DNA of 64,000 nt, from the NCBI GenBank assembly GCA_030264375.1, contig JASCQW010000081.1, positions 53,459,423 through 53,523,422 on the forward strand. Reading direction: 5' to 3'. The notes beneath the pieces are model-generated. The model searched no databases. It was not told the origin of the DNA and saw only the letters and a list, made by a program, of their open reading frames with translations. Of this stretch, positions 1-12,163 are shown piece after piece; the stretch's first letter is position 1, and each line of letters begins with the position of its first letter. The stretch comes from Carcharhinus longimanus (Eukaryota). The translations under genes were made by a program, and so were the position numbers.

Positions 1-2118
1 GGTTCTTAGCAGAAATAGAGATTTTCCAGAAACAATATTGTTTAATTAGTGGTCAACTACACAACTTCAGAATTAATAATTTAAACAATATAAAAATAAT
101 TTAGCATGTCAGATCCTGTCGTATTTAGTTCTACAGTTTCTCAATGCTTTTGTCCCAATCTGGAAGTTTAGTAACATGCATCCTGTCCAAAATGGATCTC
201 AAATTTTTTTTTGTGTGGACATCTTCTTAACAAAGTAACTCAGTGTAATTTTTAAGTATATTTTTGTATAAAAATGGTGATCTTATAATTAAAATGGAAA
301 ATGCTGGATAAACTCAGTGGGTCTGGCAGCATCTGTGGAGGGAAACAATTAACGTTTTGGAACTAAATGACCCTTCCAGCATCCACAGTATTTTTCTTTT
401 ATTTGATCATATAACTATTCTGTTTGTAAGAATATGCAGTTGCATTTTGGTTGCATGGCAATATGTATGATTAGACTTTCTGAAAAGTTGCTGATAGATT
501 CATGTTAACCATAATAATCATAAGATAAGGCAGCTAATTTTGACTCTCATAATTCACATCGTTTGTAGCCTTTTCCTTTTTTTATTACATAGTTCACATA
601 TTGTTCTTTATTTTAAAATATTTTTAGTGTTCTACTATCTAAATCCCTGAGGCTGATTGGCCAATGCCAGGGACAGTCGTGTATGTACATTCTGTTTGAA
701 CAGTGTCTGCCAATCTATGCACAGTTTCTCCCACCACTGGCATCATTTGGCGTGTACCTGTCAGCTGGTGCCAGTACTGGTTTGCACATTATTATATTGT
801 GCAGAGTTTCATCTGGCCCATTTGCAGTTGTCTAGGACGTCACTTTACTGCCACAGCAATTGTGTATTGAGAAGTGTGCTCTCTACAGTTGTGGTGTCAC
901 CAAACTTTGCCATTTAAACATGTTATCCTATGTGCTAAGACATTGATTTGCTCAGTCACTGTACTCTCAATGAAAATTTTCTATGTTCAGGACAGATGCA
1001 GAAGGTTTGGCACTTCTCTTCTGTCCAATTACTTCTGGCAATTAGTTCTTGCATCTCAGACTACTCAACCTCCTTCCTGTGCAGTCACAATATGACCCAT
1101 ATTTTGCCTTCACTACACATACATTGATGAAATAAGTCTGATTGTCAGCTCTTGATGACTGTGTGCCTGCAGGTTTTATCATCTGGCATCCTGCCTCCAG
1201 CTTGATCACTAAAAAAAATCTCTGTTGAGAATAACACAGCAAAGTTAAAGCATAGAGGAAGAGAACTGTATAACATCTTTAAAAAGTTTCAGTAAAAATA
1301 AATTGGAAATGAATAGGAGAAAGCTGGTAGAGATGATTTTACTAAAAGCTGTAGGCAGAAAAGTGCAGCCACAAAGATATCCAGGGAATTGTAACTTTAA
1401 ATTGTAACTTGCATATTTGCAGTCTACTGTGTGGGAGAAAGGAAATGCATGACAGATGAAGCTCTCAGTACTTTTCATCATTTAGCACAGTCTAGAAAAT
1501 ATTGAGACACTTCCTGGAACCTTCTGTCCTAAAATTAGTACCAATTACTTAGAGACAGTAACACAGAAAAATTATTTTCATTGGTATCCTTAGAACAATT
1601 ACAAATTTCAGAACTGTTGAGACATTATGCTGACAGTACGTACACCCAGACAGATGGAAATTTACTAACATTGCACATCCCTTGGATCCACTCATTTATT
1701 CCAATTTGGCAAACCTATGTTAAAGGCCATTCATTATTGCACACTCGTTAATTGGTTGTGTTCTTAGGTGCCAGAAGGATGATGACTACTGGCACTTGTC
1801 GCTCTTAAGTTGGGGAATTGAAACAAGACTGACTAGTTTTCACATTCTCCATAGTCAACAGAAAAATCCTGTAAGTTTAATTCAATCTGTAAAAATGAAC
1901 AGATGATAGCCCAACAACCACGGGAGGCTTTAAATGACAATTGATGCTGATTGAAAAGCCTGAATCTGTTGAACTTGCAAAAGCATATAGAATAGATTAG
2001 TATAACTGGAATGATAATCAATGCACGCTCAGTTTTCCTTCAGATTTATATTGGTGCAATATTCCTAAAACACACCCTTCCAGGTGACTCTAAGACAGGT
2101 TATGAGGTGAAAGTACTT

Positions 2119-2434
2119 TGGGGTGGCACAGTGGTTCGCACGACTGCCTCACAGCGACAGGGATCAGTGTTCAATTCCAGCTTTGGGTCAGTGTCTGTGT
2201 GGAGTTTGTACATTCTTTCCATGTCTGCATGAGTTTGCTCCAGTTTCCTCCCACAGTCCAAAGATGTGTGGGTTGGGTTGATTAGCCATGCTAAGTTAAC
2301 TCTGATATCAGGGTGATTAGTAGGGTAAATATGAGGGGTTATGGGAATAGGGCTTGGGTGGGATTGTTGTCGGTGCAGACTCGATGGGCTGAATGGCTGT
2401 CTTCTGCACTGTAAGGATTCTATTCTATGATTCT
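2119..2434 (+). mobile_element. tRNA-derived V-SINE (HE1-like)
   Basis: Head GGTGGCACAGTGGTT..CTGCCTCACAGC, V-domain GTGGAGTTTG..TTTCCTCCCACAGTCCAAAGATGTG, CR1-like tail with ATTCT repeats. Confidence 0.88.
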
Positions 2435-5400
2435 ACTTATTTCTAACCCACTGTTCAAACAATTGCTTCCTTTTCTTGATTATAAATGGAAGTCACCTGT
2501 AAGTTGTCAACAACTGTAATTGTGTAAAGGGAGTTCTTTTGTTAATGCTGTACTCCTGAGTAGAGTAAAGCACCTTCCTTTCAATAATTTTTAAATCTTC
2601 CTTGCTGAAAAGTGCTTTTGTATAATTCCATAAATAATTGAATGCTCCTGTAGTAGGGAATGAGGTAATGAACTTTGCAATACTTGAGAGAATGAGAAAA
2701 AATATCCAGTAGCCTAGATGAAGCCTGTTTATAGTCTAGATGCATATATTTCAGATAAATGTAACTTTGTTTTCGTGTGCCCAGACTGTAGCTGCCCTTG
2801 TTGTTGTATGCAAGTTTCAGGTGACCCAGACAGGGAGACAGCAGCTGCTCTTGCTATTATACACAAGCTTATGATAAGCCCGCTTAGAAATGTGGTTGAT
2901 CCAGCTTGTAGTTATGTTGTGTCTTTAATTTTGTGGACTTTCGCCTAATGTACTGAAGCCTGCATGTCCTAAATATATTATATATATTTTCATTATATAC
3001 TGCATATGTGTCATGTACTAACNNNNNNNNNNNNNNNNNNNNNNNNNNNNNNNNNNNNNNNNNNNNNNNNNNNNNNNNNNNNNNNNNNNNNNNNNNNNNN
3101 NNNNNNNNNNNNNNNNNNNNNNNNNNNNNNNNNNNNNNNNNNNNNNNNNNNNNNNNNNNNNNNNNNNNNNNNNNNNNNNNNNNNNNNNNNNNNNNNNNNN
3201 NNNNNNNNNNNNNNNNNNNNNNNNNNNNNNNNNNNNNNNNNNNNNNNNNNNNNNNNNNNNNNNNNNNNNNNNNNNNNNNNNNNNNNNNNNNNNNNNNNNN
3301 NNNNNNNNNNNNNNNNNNNNNNNNNNNNNNNNNNNNNNNNNNNNNNNNNNNNNNNNNNNNNNNNNNNNNNNNNNNNNNNNNNNNNNNNNNNNNNNNNNNN
3401 NNNNNNNNNNNNNNNNNNNNNNNNNNNNNNNNNNNNNNNNNNNNNNNNNNNNNNNNNNNNNNNNNNNNNNNNNNNNNNNNNNNNNNNNNNNNNNNNNNNN
3501 NNNNNNNNNNNNNNNNNNNNNNNNNNNNNNNNNCACCCCCCCGCCCTTCCTGCTGACCAAGAGGCATCACCAAGCCCTGAAGACAGAGGGCCATCCTCCC
3601 CCTACCATTGGAAAGAACTTGTCACCCACCACCACCCCCACGCACATCATGCAATCATGAGTGAGACCTCACCTCCCACATCCACACCCCTCCTAACCCT
3701 GAAGCCTGTACAGCTGCACCCTCCCCCCAACAACAGAGACACTCCCAGATGGAACCCCCAGTGCCAACCTTGTGCTGACTTTGCCACCCTGACACTCTAA
3801 CCTGGCACCTTGTATTTCAACAGAGGTCAAGGAAATAAATGCAGTGCCCATGTACCCCTCTGCTGCTGTTTGGCTGCAGAGGGATGCCTCTGACAAGTCC
3901 TGGGGGTAGGTTGGGTGAGGGGTTGAACTGGGCACTCTTCCCGGGCTCGGGGACTTGTAACTAGATTGCCCCTGCTAACCCTGGGAAACCTGAACATCAC
4001 TCTTCATGTGGTGATTTCAGGCACCTCTCTGATAAGTCTTCAATCTGTGAAAACTTTGAAGTGGCCTGGTCACTTTAACCTCCACCCCCGCAGACACCTG
4101 GCTGGCTTCCAAACATAGGAATTTTCCATTTTGCAGAACAGAATCCCCTTTCTCTCTCTCTCTCTCAGAAGCTACATGTACGGGAAGACCCATATCAAGT
4201 CCTGTGACTGACAAGAGAAGTCACTTTCATCAGAGCATTTCCATTCTCTACACTTAGCCCTTTTTTCTTAACACTGCATTTATTCCTAACCTCTGAATCT
4301 TCCTAGAAAGCATAAATCCTTTGAAGTCCTTGCTTTTCTTTGAAAACATTTGCTTTCATTCAATTTCATAGTGCAATCTAACATGTCTTTAATTAACAGC
4401 CTAATGTTTTTTGCACTATGTGCAGTGCTTACCTTACCCTTTGTGGTTGAATGCATCTGAATTACCACTTCTTGTTCCTGACTGCAATGTTTATGCAAAG
4501 GAGGAACTGAGAGCATTTAGCTGCTTTGAACTTCAAAATAAATTTTCCTGTCAGTCAAAGAACTTGAATGGAGACTTCTCAGCTGCAGTTTCTGAGAAAG
4601 AGAAAGGGGAATCCCTTTTAGTGAATGGAGTGCTGCTGTGATTTGGAAACTTATCAGGTGTTCAGAAAACATGGACATGAAAGTGACACAATGAAGATTT
4701 TGATCAGAGAGATGTCTAAACTCACCATGCCACATGTGGTATTCAGGTTTCACAGTGCTCAAAGGAGCAGTCTAGTCACAGGTTCCTCATGCTGGGGGAC
4801 CCTGAGCCCATCCTACCCCAGCCTGAGTTCACTCTACCCCAGAATCCTTGGGGACCCTGCCTCAGCAGCCTGGCAGTGGCAGCCCATGTGGGCACTGCAT
4901 TTACTTCCTTGAGACCTTCTCCCTACCCCTTCCCAGCCCCCACCCCTCGAAAGACCACCGCACCAGGTCCATGATGCTCAAGGTCTGCACCGAAAACCCA
5001 CCTGGTGCAGATCCCATTGGGAAGGTGGGTGAATGATGGGAGAGCTTTGAATCAAGCTTCAAGCCTTCCAATTACATTCTTATTGACAGTTCTGCATAAT
5101 CAATCCCAGGGCCAGAAGAGCAATAGCAATGGGTTCAATGCCCCTTTGAAATTCCATCTAATCCAGGTCCCCAGAACATTAGCTGAGTTTCTGGATTAAT
5201 AGTATAGCAATAATACCACTAGTACATCATCTTCCTGGCTCTACAAGCGTAACCTCTAAAATGGCTGCCCGCAGGTTGGACTTTCATTCCAGGGGCATGG
5301 ACTGGATGGACGGTCAGGCTCAGTATCTCCAGAACAAATGTGGAGGGAGGTGGAAGAAGGCCTGCCTATGTGTTGAAGCACTGTGCTGAACTAAATTTTT

Positions 5401-6950
5401 TAAAAAAAGAAACAAGAAACAGTACTCCATTCTTCACCTGTTTTACTCCTGCCCCCCACTTCATATACTCCCATGCCCATCTATGCCAATCTTTTCCAGT
5501 CCAAGCCTCTCTACCCATCTCCCCTTGCCCCAAATAACACTCTATGCCCTCATATCTTTATATCTCCTCCAATTTAGTGCTAACTCATGCCATCCCATGT
5601 CCTCCATCCACCAACCTTTTCCCTTACCTGCTGCATGCCAACTAGTATCCTTTGATAGTTCCTTAACAGCTTTGACAGCTTGACAGTTGCTTGACAGCTT
5701 GAAAGTTTCAATGAGTTTATGCACTTTTTTGTGCACAATCAGGTTTACCTTTAATAATCCCAAAGGGTGTATTAATTCCCCCATAAGGTCTCCTGAGACC
5801 ATATCCAAAGGGATAACTTGCAGCTACAAAGGCTACCCTGGCTATCCAAACACATCCACCAAGTTCAGACCCCCTCTTACCTGGTCTAATCTGCACACTC
5901 TCTGTTTTGCACGCTGGCTGACCCAAAATCTCACATTAGTGGAGGGAAGTAGTGATTTAAATGGTTAATTGTCTCTTTAAATGATGCATGCTTGATTCTG
6001 GTCTGACTTCACTCCTGTTCCTGCTCCTGCAAAAATGCAATATGCCATGTTTGGGAGTGAATCCTAGGATATGTGGAATATTCAGATCACTATGTTGTCT
6101 TGGTTAATAAAATGCTTGTGCAAATGGTCTGCTGTTCCTGTATTCTCTCTTCTAGCTTTCTCTGTTTCTGTTTCTCAAACATTCTGGGCCCTATCTCTAT
6201 TTATGGCTAGTCTGTATTGATATATCTCTCTCTCTTAAATGGACATGTATCTTTGAATTTGCCTGGAAGTGTTTTAAGATGTGCAATTCAAGTAAATAGT
6301 TCTCTTGTTGGAATGTGGCTCAAGGATAGTCCAAAGCTCAATCTTTACATATTATTTGGTTTTTAAAAAAAGAAACTCAAATTACTACTATTAGCTTTCA
6401 ATTTGATTTCCTTGGCAGCTTTTCTTCAGATATAGATTGAATTGAATCAGGGGTTTTCTATCAGACTCTGGCCTGTTGAGAATTGTAGCATCAGTAATGT
6501 AAATGATACCACACAATCATGCATGTGCTGGCTCTTTGAAAGAACTATTCAATTAGCTGTACACTCTGCTCTTTCCCATAACTTTGAATAAATACTTGAA
6601 AGAAGAATATTTACAATTTCCTTTTTAAAATTCTTAGTGAATCTGCTTTCACCACCCTTTCAGATAGTGCATTCCCGTTCATTAAAAGTGAAATCTCTAT
6701 ACCCAACAGATTGCCTGATGAACAATACAAACTCAAGCCCTAGACTGCTATACGTGTTTTAAACATTTTAAAGTATGTTGTTTAGGTAAACGTTTTGGAG
6801 TATTTACCCTATTTTTCTTGGCATTCCTATAAGTAAGCTCTTGTACCAACCAGAGTGTGCCTTCAGCATTTGCAAAAATAGCAAGTTATGTGGGTTGAAG
6901 AATAAGCATTTATCTCTGTATTTTGGTTTCTTGTATATATCATGGTGGGG

Positions 6951-7952
6951 TGTGATATGACAATTCTGTGCCTTTAAGAAATATATTTGTGCAAATCCTT
7001 GTACAAATGATCTATTGTTCCTGTACTCACTTCTAGTTTTCTCTATTCATGTTTCTCAATCTTTCCGGGCCACATCTCTATTTATGGTTAGTCTCTTTTA
7101 ATACATCTCTCTCTCTCTCTCTCTCTTGAATGGATATTTGCCTGTTGTTTCCTATGAAGGGACTGTTATATTTCAATTCTGATTACACTACCAATTGTCT
7201 GCAACTGGCAGCCTGCATGCTGATAAGTATTGGAGTGTTTGTTTTAATGCAGTATTGTAATTCTTAGAATGTTCCCTGGGGTTTCTGACTAGTGTTCATT
7301 ATTTTCATTGACAAGAAGAAAATCGTGAGTGGATGGAGCTAGGCTTACAGAGCAGGCAGTTGCAGATTGAATTTGAAAAGAGCAGTAGTTCTTTTTCTCT
7401 CCCCCTCCCTCTTTCTGGAATTGCTTGCCTAGGACAAGTCTTGGACCTCCTAGAAAGAGGTATTTCTCTCCAGAGTTCTGCAAAGGCATTTTCTCCCCCT
7501 CTATTACTGGAATTCTGCCGTGTGAAGACAGGTTTTCCTCCAGAAGCTGAGAGTCAGAAGATGGGTCTCTCTCTGTATCTCTGTCCAGAGGGGTTAAAAG
7601 ATTGACGGATTGGGAATTCACATAAGCCTGTGTGTCTTGCTAACTGATCCTGAATGAGAATTTACATCTGTGGGGTTATTGTCTAAATTGGAACTAATAG
7701 AAACAGCTAGCAATTAAGAATTACATCTTGTCATGTTTAGTATTTCAATTGGTAAAAGCTACACTAATTATTTTTGTTATATTTTAACTGTGTTGTTAAA
7801 TAAAGTTTGTTTTAATAAAAGCTTCCTACTTGTCAGTAGAACCATACCTGGAGTGGAACACCTTATGCTCATACTAATGCCAAAATCAAAAATAATTGGG
7901 GTCTAGGTTAACTTCATAATATACCTTGGAGTTTCTCATTTGGTCTGTAACA
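6951..7952 (+). mobile_element. Solo LTR, same family as 17667-18456
   Basis: TGTGA...TAACA termini; its 3' part (AATAAAGTTTGTTTAATAAAAGCTTCC..GAACCATACCTG) is reverse-complementary to 17760-17815; no clean TSD. Confidence 0.65.
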
Positions 7953-9406
7953 GTGATTGTCATGAAGTTGGTAAGCAGGAGAATATACACTGGTCATGTT
8001 ATCAACCATGAGATCAATTTATTGAGCATGTATGAAATAAAAGAACAGAACTCAGCTTAAACATTTATTTACAGTAGCTACAACAAAAATGAATCCCCTG
8101 TGTTAAAAGCCAGGGAAACACTAGAAACGCAGTGGTTTTGATTCCCACAGTATGAACTTTTTCAACTAGTCTCATGCCTCTGCCAGCTTCGCGTTGAGTG
8201 CAAGGAAGGCAGCAATGAGATAATGCCTGGCCAAAGAGCTTCCTATCAAAGAGACTGCATGTCACAGAATTACTCATTCAGCTTGTCCTGTCTGCACAGG
8301 AAAACTCTTCATTAATGTTTCCACAGAATCACCAATATTAGTCCTATCCCCACATACCCTTACTTCCACTACANNNNNNNNNNNNNNNNNNNNNNNNNNN
8401 NNNNNNNNNNNNNNNNNNNNNNNNNNNNNNNNNNNNNNNNNNNNNNNNNNNNNNNNNNNNNNNNNNNNNNNNNTTATAGATAGGCCTGGTAGGTAGGGAT
8501 GTGATCAGCACAACTTGTGGGCCGAAGGGCCTGTTTGTGCTGTAGTGTTCCATGTCCTATGACAGATCTGCCCACCCCCTCAAACCTAACGCAAGTGATC
8601 ATTTAAAATGAAATATATTGAGGTATGATTGATACAGATTTGTAAGATTTCTTTTTAATAATTCTGAGCCTGTGCACATTTGTCACATTCTGTTAACACT
8701 AAGTCTGACATTTGCTGTACCAAACTGGAGTCTGAAATTTGAATTAGACCCAAGTGGACATTAGATATTTTAAATTTATTTTAGGAATGAGCTGTTGCAA
8801 AGCTGAGTGCAGGGCGTAGTTAGCTCATCCTGAATATCATAGCTAACTGTTTAACATTATTCTCTGTAGCATCTGTTGTTCAAGTATTTTTTGTGAAGAG
8901 AACTAATGCTATCTTTAGAATTTTGAGTTTGTGGCAGTTTCGACTTGCAGGTGACTCAACTTGTAAGGTCAGGCTGGAGGAGAGAAGAGGATTTTGACGA
9001 TACAGAAGATGAAAGGTTGGAGCAGGTGTGAGTAGATTAGTGACACTGTTGATAAAGGTCTTGTTGGTTTTCTAACTGATCTGGAGAAACACTGTACACG
9101 ACAGTAATCTGCTCAGAAATGTTCCAAGATCAATCAGTAATACCTGTATGTTTACTGTGAATTAAAATTGGAGAAAATACAATTAAATCCAAATAATTAT
9201 GAAGATAATGTCAGACATTTATCATAAAATAAATTGAGAAATGTAAACCATAGTTGTAAAGTGGAAGATTAATTCTACTAAGCTCATTTGCCAAAGCTTT
9301 ATACTTTTAAAAATTCACTCTATATTTGGGCATTGTTGGCAAGGCCAGCATTTATTGCCCATCCATAACTTTCAACATCTTAGCTACTTTTATTCATCTG
9401 CATATA

Positions 9407-9924
9407 CAACTTGAGTATCCTTTATCCAAAATCCTCATGGCTGACTGCTTTAGATTTGAAATAATTTTGGTTTTTGGATACTGCATATAGGCTTAGACTT
9501 ACTCACATTACAATGGCCAAAGCCAGGGCGAGCTATAGCCTAAAGTAAATAATTGGCAAGATAAGTAACATGTACAACAGAGTAATAAATACAGGATATC
9601 GGCAATAAGTTCCCAGCTGAGGCACCATTTGTGATTCTGCTGGTAGGAGAGGGTTCAGAGTGTCAATGTACAGACACACAACTAGATTTCCTGCATTAAA
9701 GATCGGGTGTCACCAGCGAGGTTCATGTTGGCTTGAGTAGTGACAGCTCACGTCAGGGATTTTCTATGCTAAAGGTTGGGTCTGATCTGCTAGGTTCATG
9801 TTGTTTCAAGCTATGTTGACTTGGGTCAGGGATTGTCTGCACTAAAGGTCAATGAGGTTCAAAAAAAGTGGGGTTTTTGGATGCAAGTGTTTTTCGGATT
9901 TATGGTTAAAGAATATTCGATCTA
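9407..9924. mobile_element. Non-autonomous Tigger/pogo-type DNA transposon (Tigger4/Zombi-like TIRs)
   Basis: TA|CAACTTGAGTATCCTTTATCCAAAATCC ... GGATTTATGGTTAAAGAATATTCGATCTA|TA: decayed TIRs with TA flanks. Confidence 0.6.
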
Positions 9925-10189
9925 TAATTATTTTTCTGAATCCTAAGTAGGCTCTTGAAAGTCAGATGTTGGTTACAATAGTTGGGCAATTTTTGCTATT
10001 CACCAATCATTTTCATGACAGAGTTTTATCTATTATGAGCAGAGGTAATCCTCCACGCAGATCTTGAAAAAGCTCCAAAGGTGTAATTTCTAAATTTGAA
10101 CTAATTTGTGCTCTATAAGAAAGGGAGAAAAGTTGATTGGGAGTCATTTTAACATTTTATTTGATCTGGATAATACAGTAGTGTAACAT

Positions 10190-11025
10190 AATAAATGCGA
10201 AGTTATTCACTTTAGAAGCAAAAACAAGAAGGCAGACTATGTCTGAATGACTGACTGTAAATTGGGAGAGGGGAGTGTACAATGGGACCTGGGTGTCCTT
10301 GTGCACCAGTCAGCAAAGGTAAGCATGCAGATGCAGCAGGAGGTAAAGAAGGCAAATGGTATGTTGGCCTTCATTGGCCTTCATAAACCTGGTGTTGTCA
10401 GACTTCTTACTGTGTGGGCCTTCATTGCGACAGGTTTCGAGTACAGGAGCAGGGATGCGTTGTTGCAACTATACAGGGTCTTGGTGAGGCCACACCTAGA
10501 GTGTTGTGTGCAGCTTTGGTCTCCTTTTCTGGGGAAGGATGTTCTTGCTCTCGAGGCAGTGTAGACTGATTCCGGGGATAACGGGACTGATGTATGAGGA
10601 GAGATTCATAGGTTAGGACTGTTTTCGCTGGACTTCAGATGAATAAGGGGTGATCTCATAGAGACTTAAAGTTCTAACAGAACTAGACAAGGTAGATGCA
10701 GGGAGGATGTTCCCNNNNNNNNNNNNNNNNNNNNNNNNNNNNNNNNNNNNNNNNNNNATAGACCATTTAGGACAGAGGTGAGGAAACATCTCTTCATCCG
10801 AAGAGTGGTGAGCCTGTGGAATTCATTATCAAAGGGAGCAGTTGATGCCAAAACATTGTATGTATTCAAGAGGCAGCTGGATGTAGCACTTGGGGCAAAT
10901 GGGATCAAAGGTTATGGGAAGAAAGTAGGATTAGGCTATTGAGTTGGATGATCAGCCATGATCGTAATGAATGGTGGAGCAGCAAAAAGGGCCAAATGGC
11001 CTCCTCCTGCTGCTTCTATGTTTTC
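10190..11025 (+). mobile_element. CR1 LINE, 5'-truncated (ORF2 C-terminus and 3' tail)
   Basis: DLGVLVHQS..KANGMLAFI..LQLYRVLVRPHLECCVQLWSP; tail GGCCAAATGGCCTCCTCCTGCT. Confidence 0.9.
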
Positions 11026-12163
11026 TAATCATATACCTTCCCTCACATCCTAAGATGGGTCATAATTACAACATCAATGAATACAATCAAAGAATTGAAA
11101 TATGAAACATGCTTCTATCAGCAATATTGAATCTTCCAGTGTTTAGATTTTAGACAAGGTAAGAAAGATACGGGTGTAACTGGACACCAGTCACAAATTA
11201 CTGCCTGCAATTTGATCCAGTCATTAGCAGAAGGCTGGGGGCAGGCAGATCAAAATTCAAGCTCTGCAGAAATGGTTACCACACAGAGAGACACTGCAGA
11301 CACAACCCATCCACAGCACAGTGCTAATGCTCCCATCATTCAGGCAATGAATGCATTGTGTCAACAGTTTAGAAGATGCAAGCATTCCCAGGCTCGGATA
11401 ATGCATAGCATTATCAGTCACCAGAAGATAACATTTTAAAGTTTATTTATTATTGTCACAAGTAGGCTTACATTAACACTACAATGAAGTTACTGTGAAA
11501 TCCCTTTGGCCTGTTAGGGTACATTGAGGGAGAATTTAGCATGATCAATACACCTAATCAGCATGTCTTTCTGACTGTGGTGGCAGTGATAATATATGAA
11601 GCTAATGTTACAGATGCACTAATGCTAATACACATGGCCATATAAATAACTTATCCAGTCTATTGACTGGAGCGGAATTTTGTTGAGGGGCAGCTGAATG
11701 AAGTTACGCCATTGTGTGAAGGAGCTATTACTGGTCAGTATGGACAGATGCCTAATTGAGAGAGTGCCACATGCAAACCTGAAATTTGGTTGAAAGCTGG
11801 GCAGAACTTCAAGCTGCTAGCTGGCGAACATTAAAATACACTATCTTACGTAAAATACACTTTAATTTCTTTTTCCCAGGAGAGTCCTGTTAAAAGCAAT
11901 TACATCTATAGCGTAATTTGAACGAGTACAGCAAAGCAATATTTTATGCAAAATTTCCCACACCAGATATTTAGTTGTTATTCACTTATTTAAATGTCAT
12001 TAACTTCTTGATCAGTGCTGGGTGAAAATCTAAATGGAAAAATAAATAGCACCGATATGTAGATATAAAGGAAAGTTATTTTAACATGTTTTACTAAAAC
12101 TTAGATTTTACAGCCTCAAGGTCTACTTTCGTGTATGTTTGTCCATATATGATGCTCAAGGAT

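Noticed and set aside
2884-3800. Long ORFs spanning N runs (also 16912-17636, 35200-35765, 37250-37672)
   Set aside because: Their length comes from translating assembly gaps; the flanks are repeat-derived.
3534-5040. Possible Harbinger Myb/SANT or transposase remnants (also about 16500-17290)
   Set aside because: The motif resemblance is too weak to call without a profile search.
8970-9030. Acidic exon-like stretch (REEDFDDTEDERLEQ followed by GT)
   Set aside because: Isolated, with no convincing acceptor or partner exons; probably chance purine-rich sequence.
1-12000. PRG4 or other exons expected downstream by mammalian synteny
   Set aside because: No somatomedin-B, mucin-repeat or hemopexin coding sequence could be recognised in any frame.
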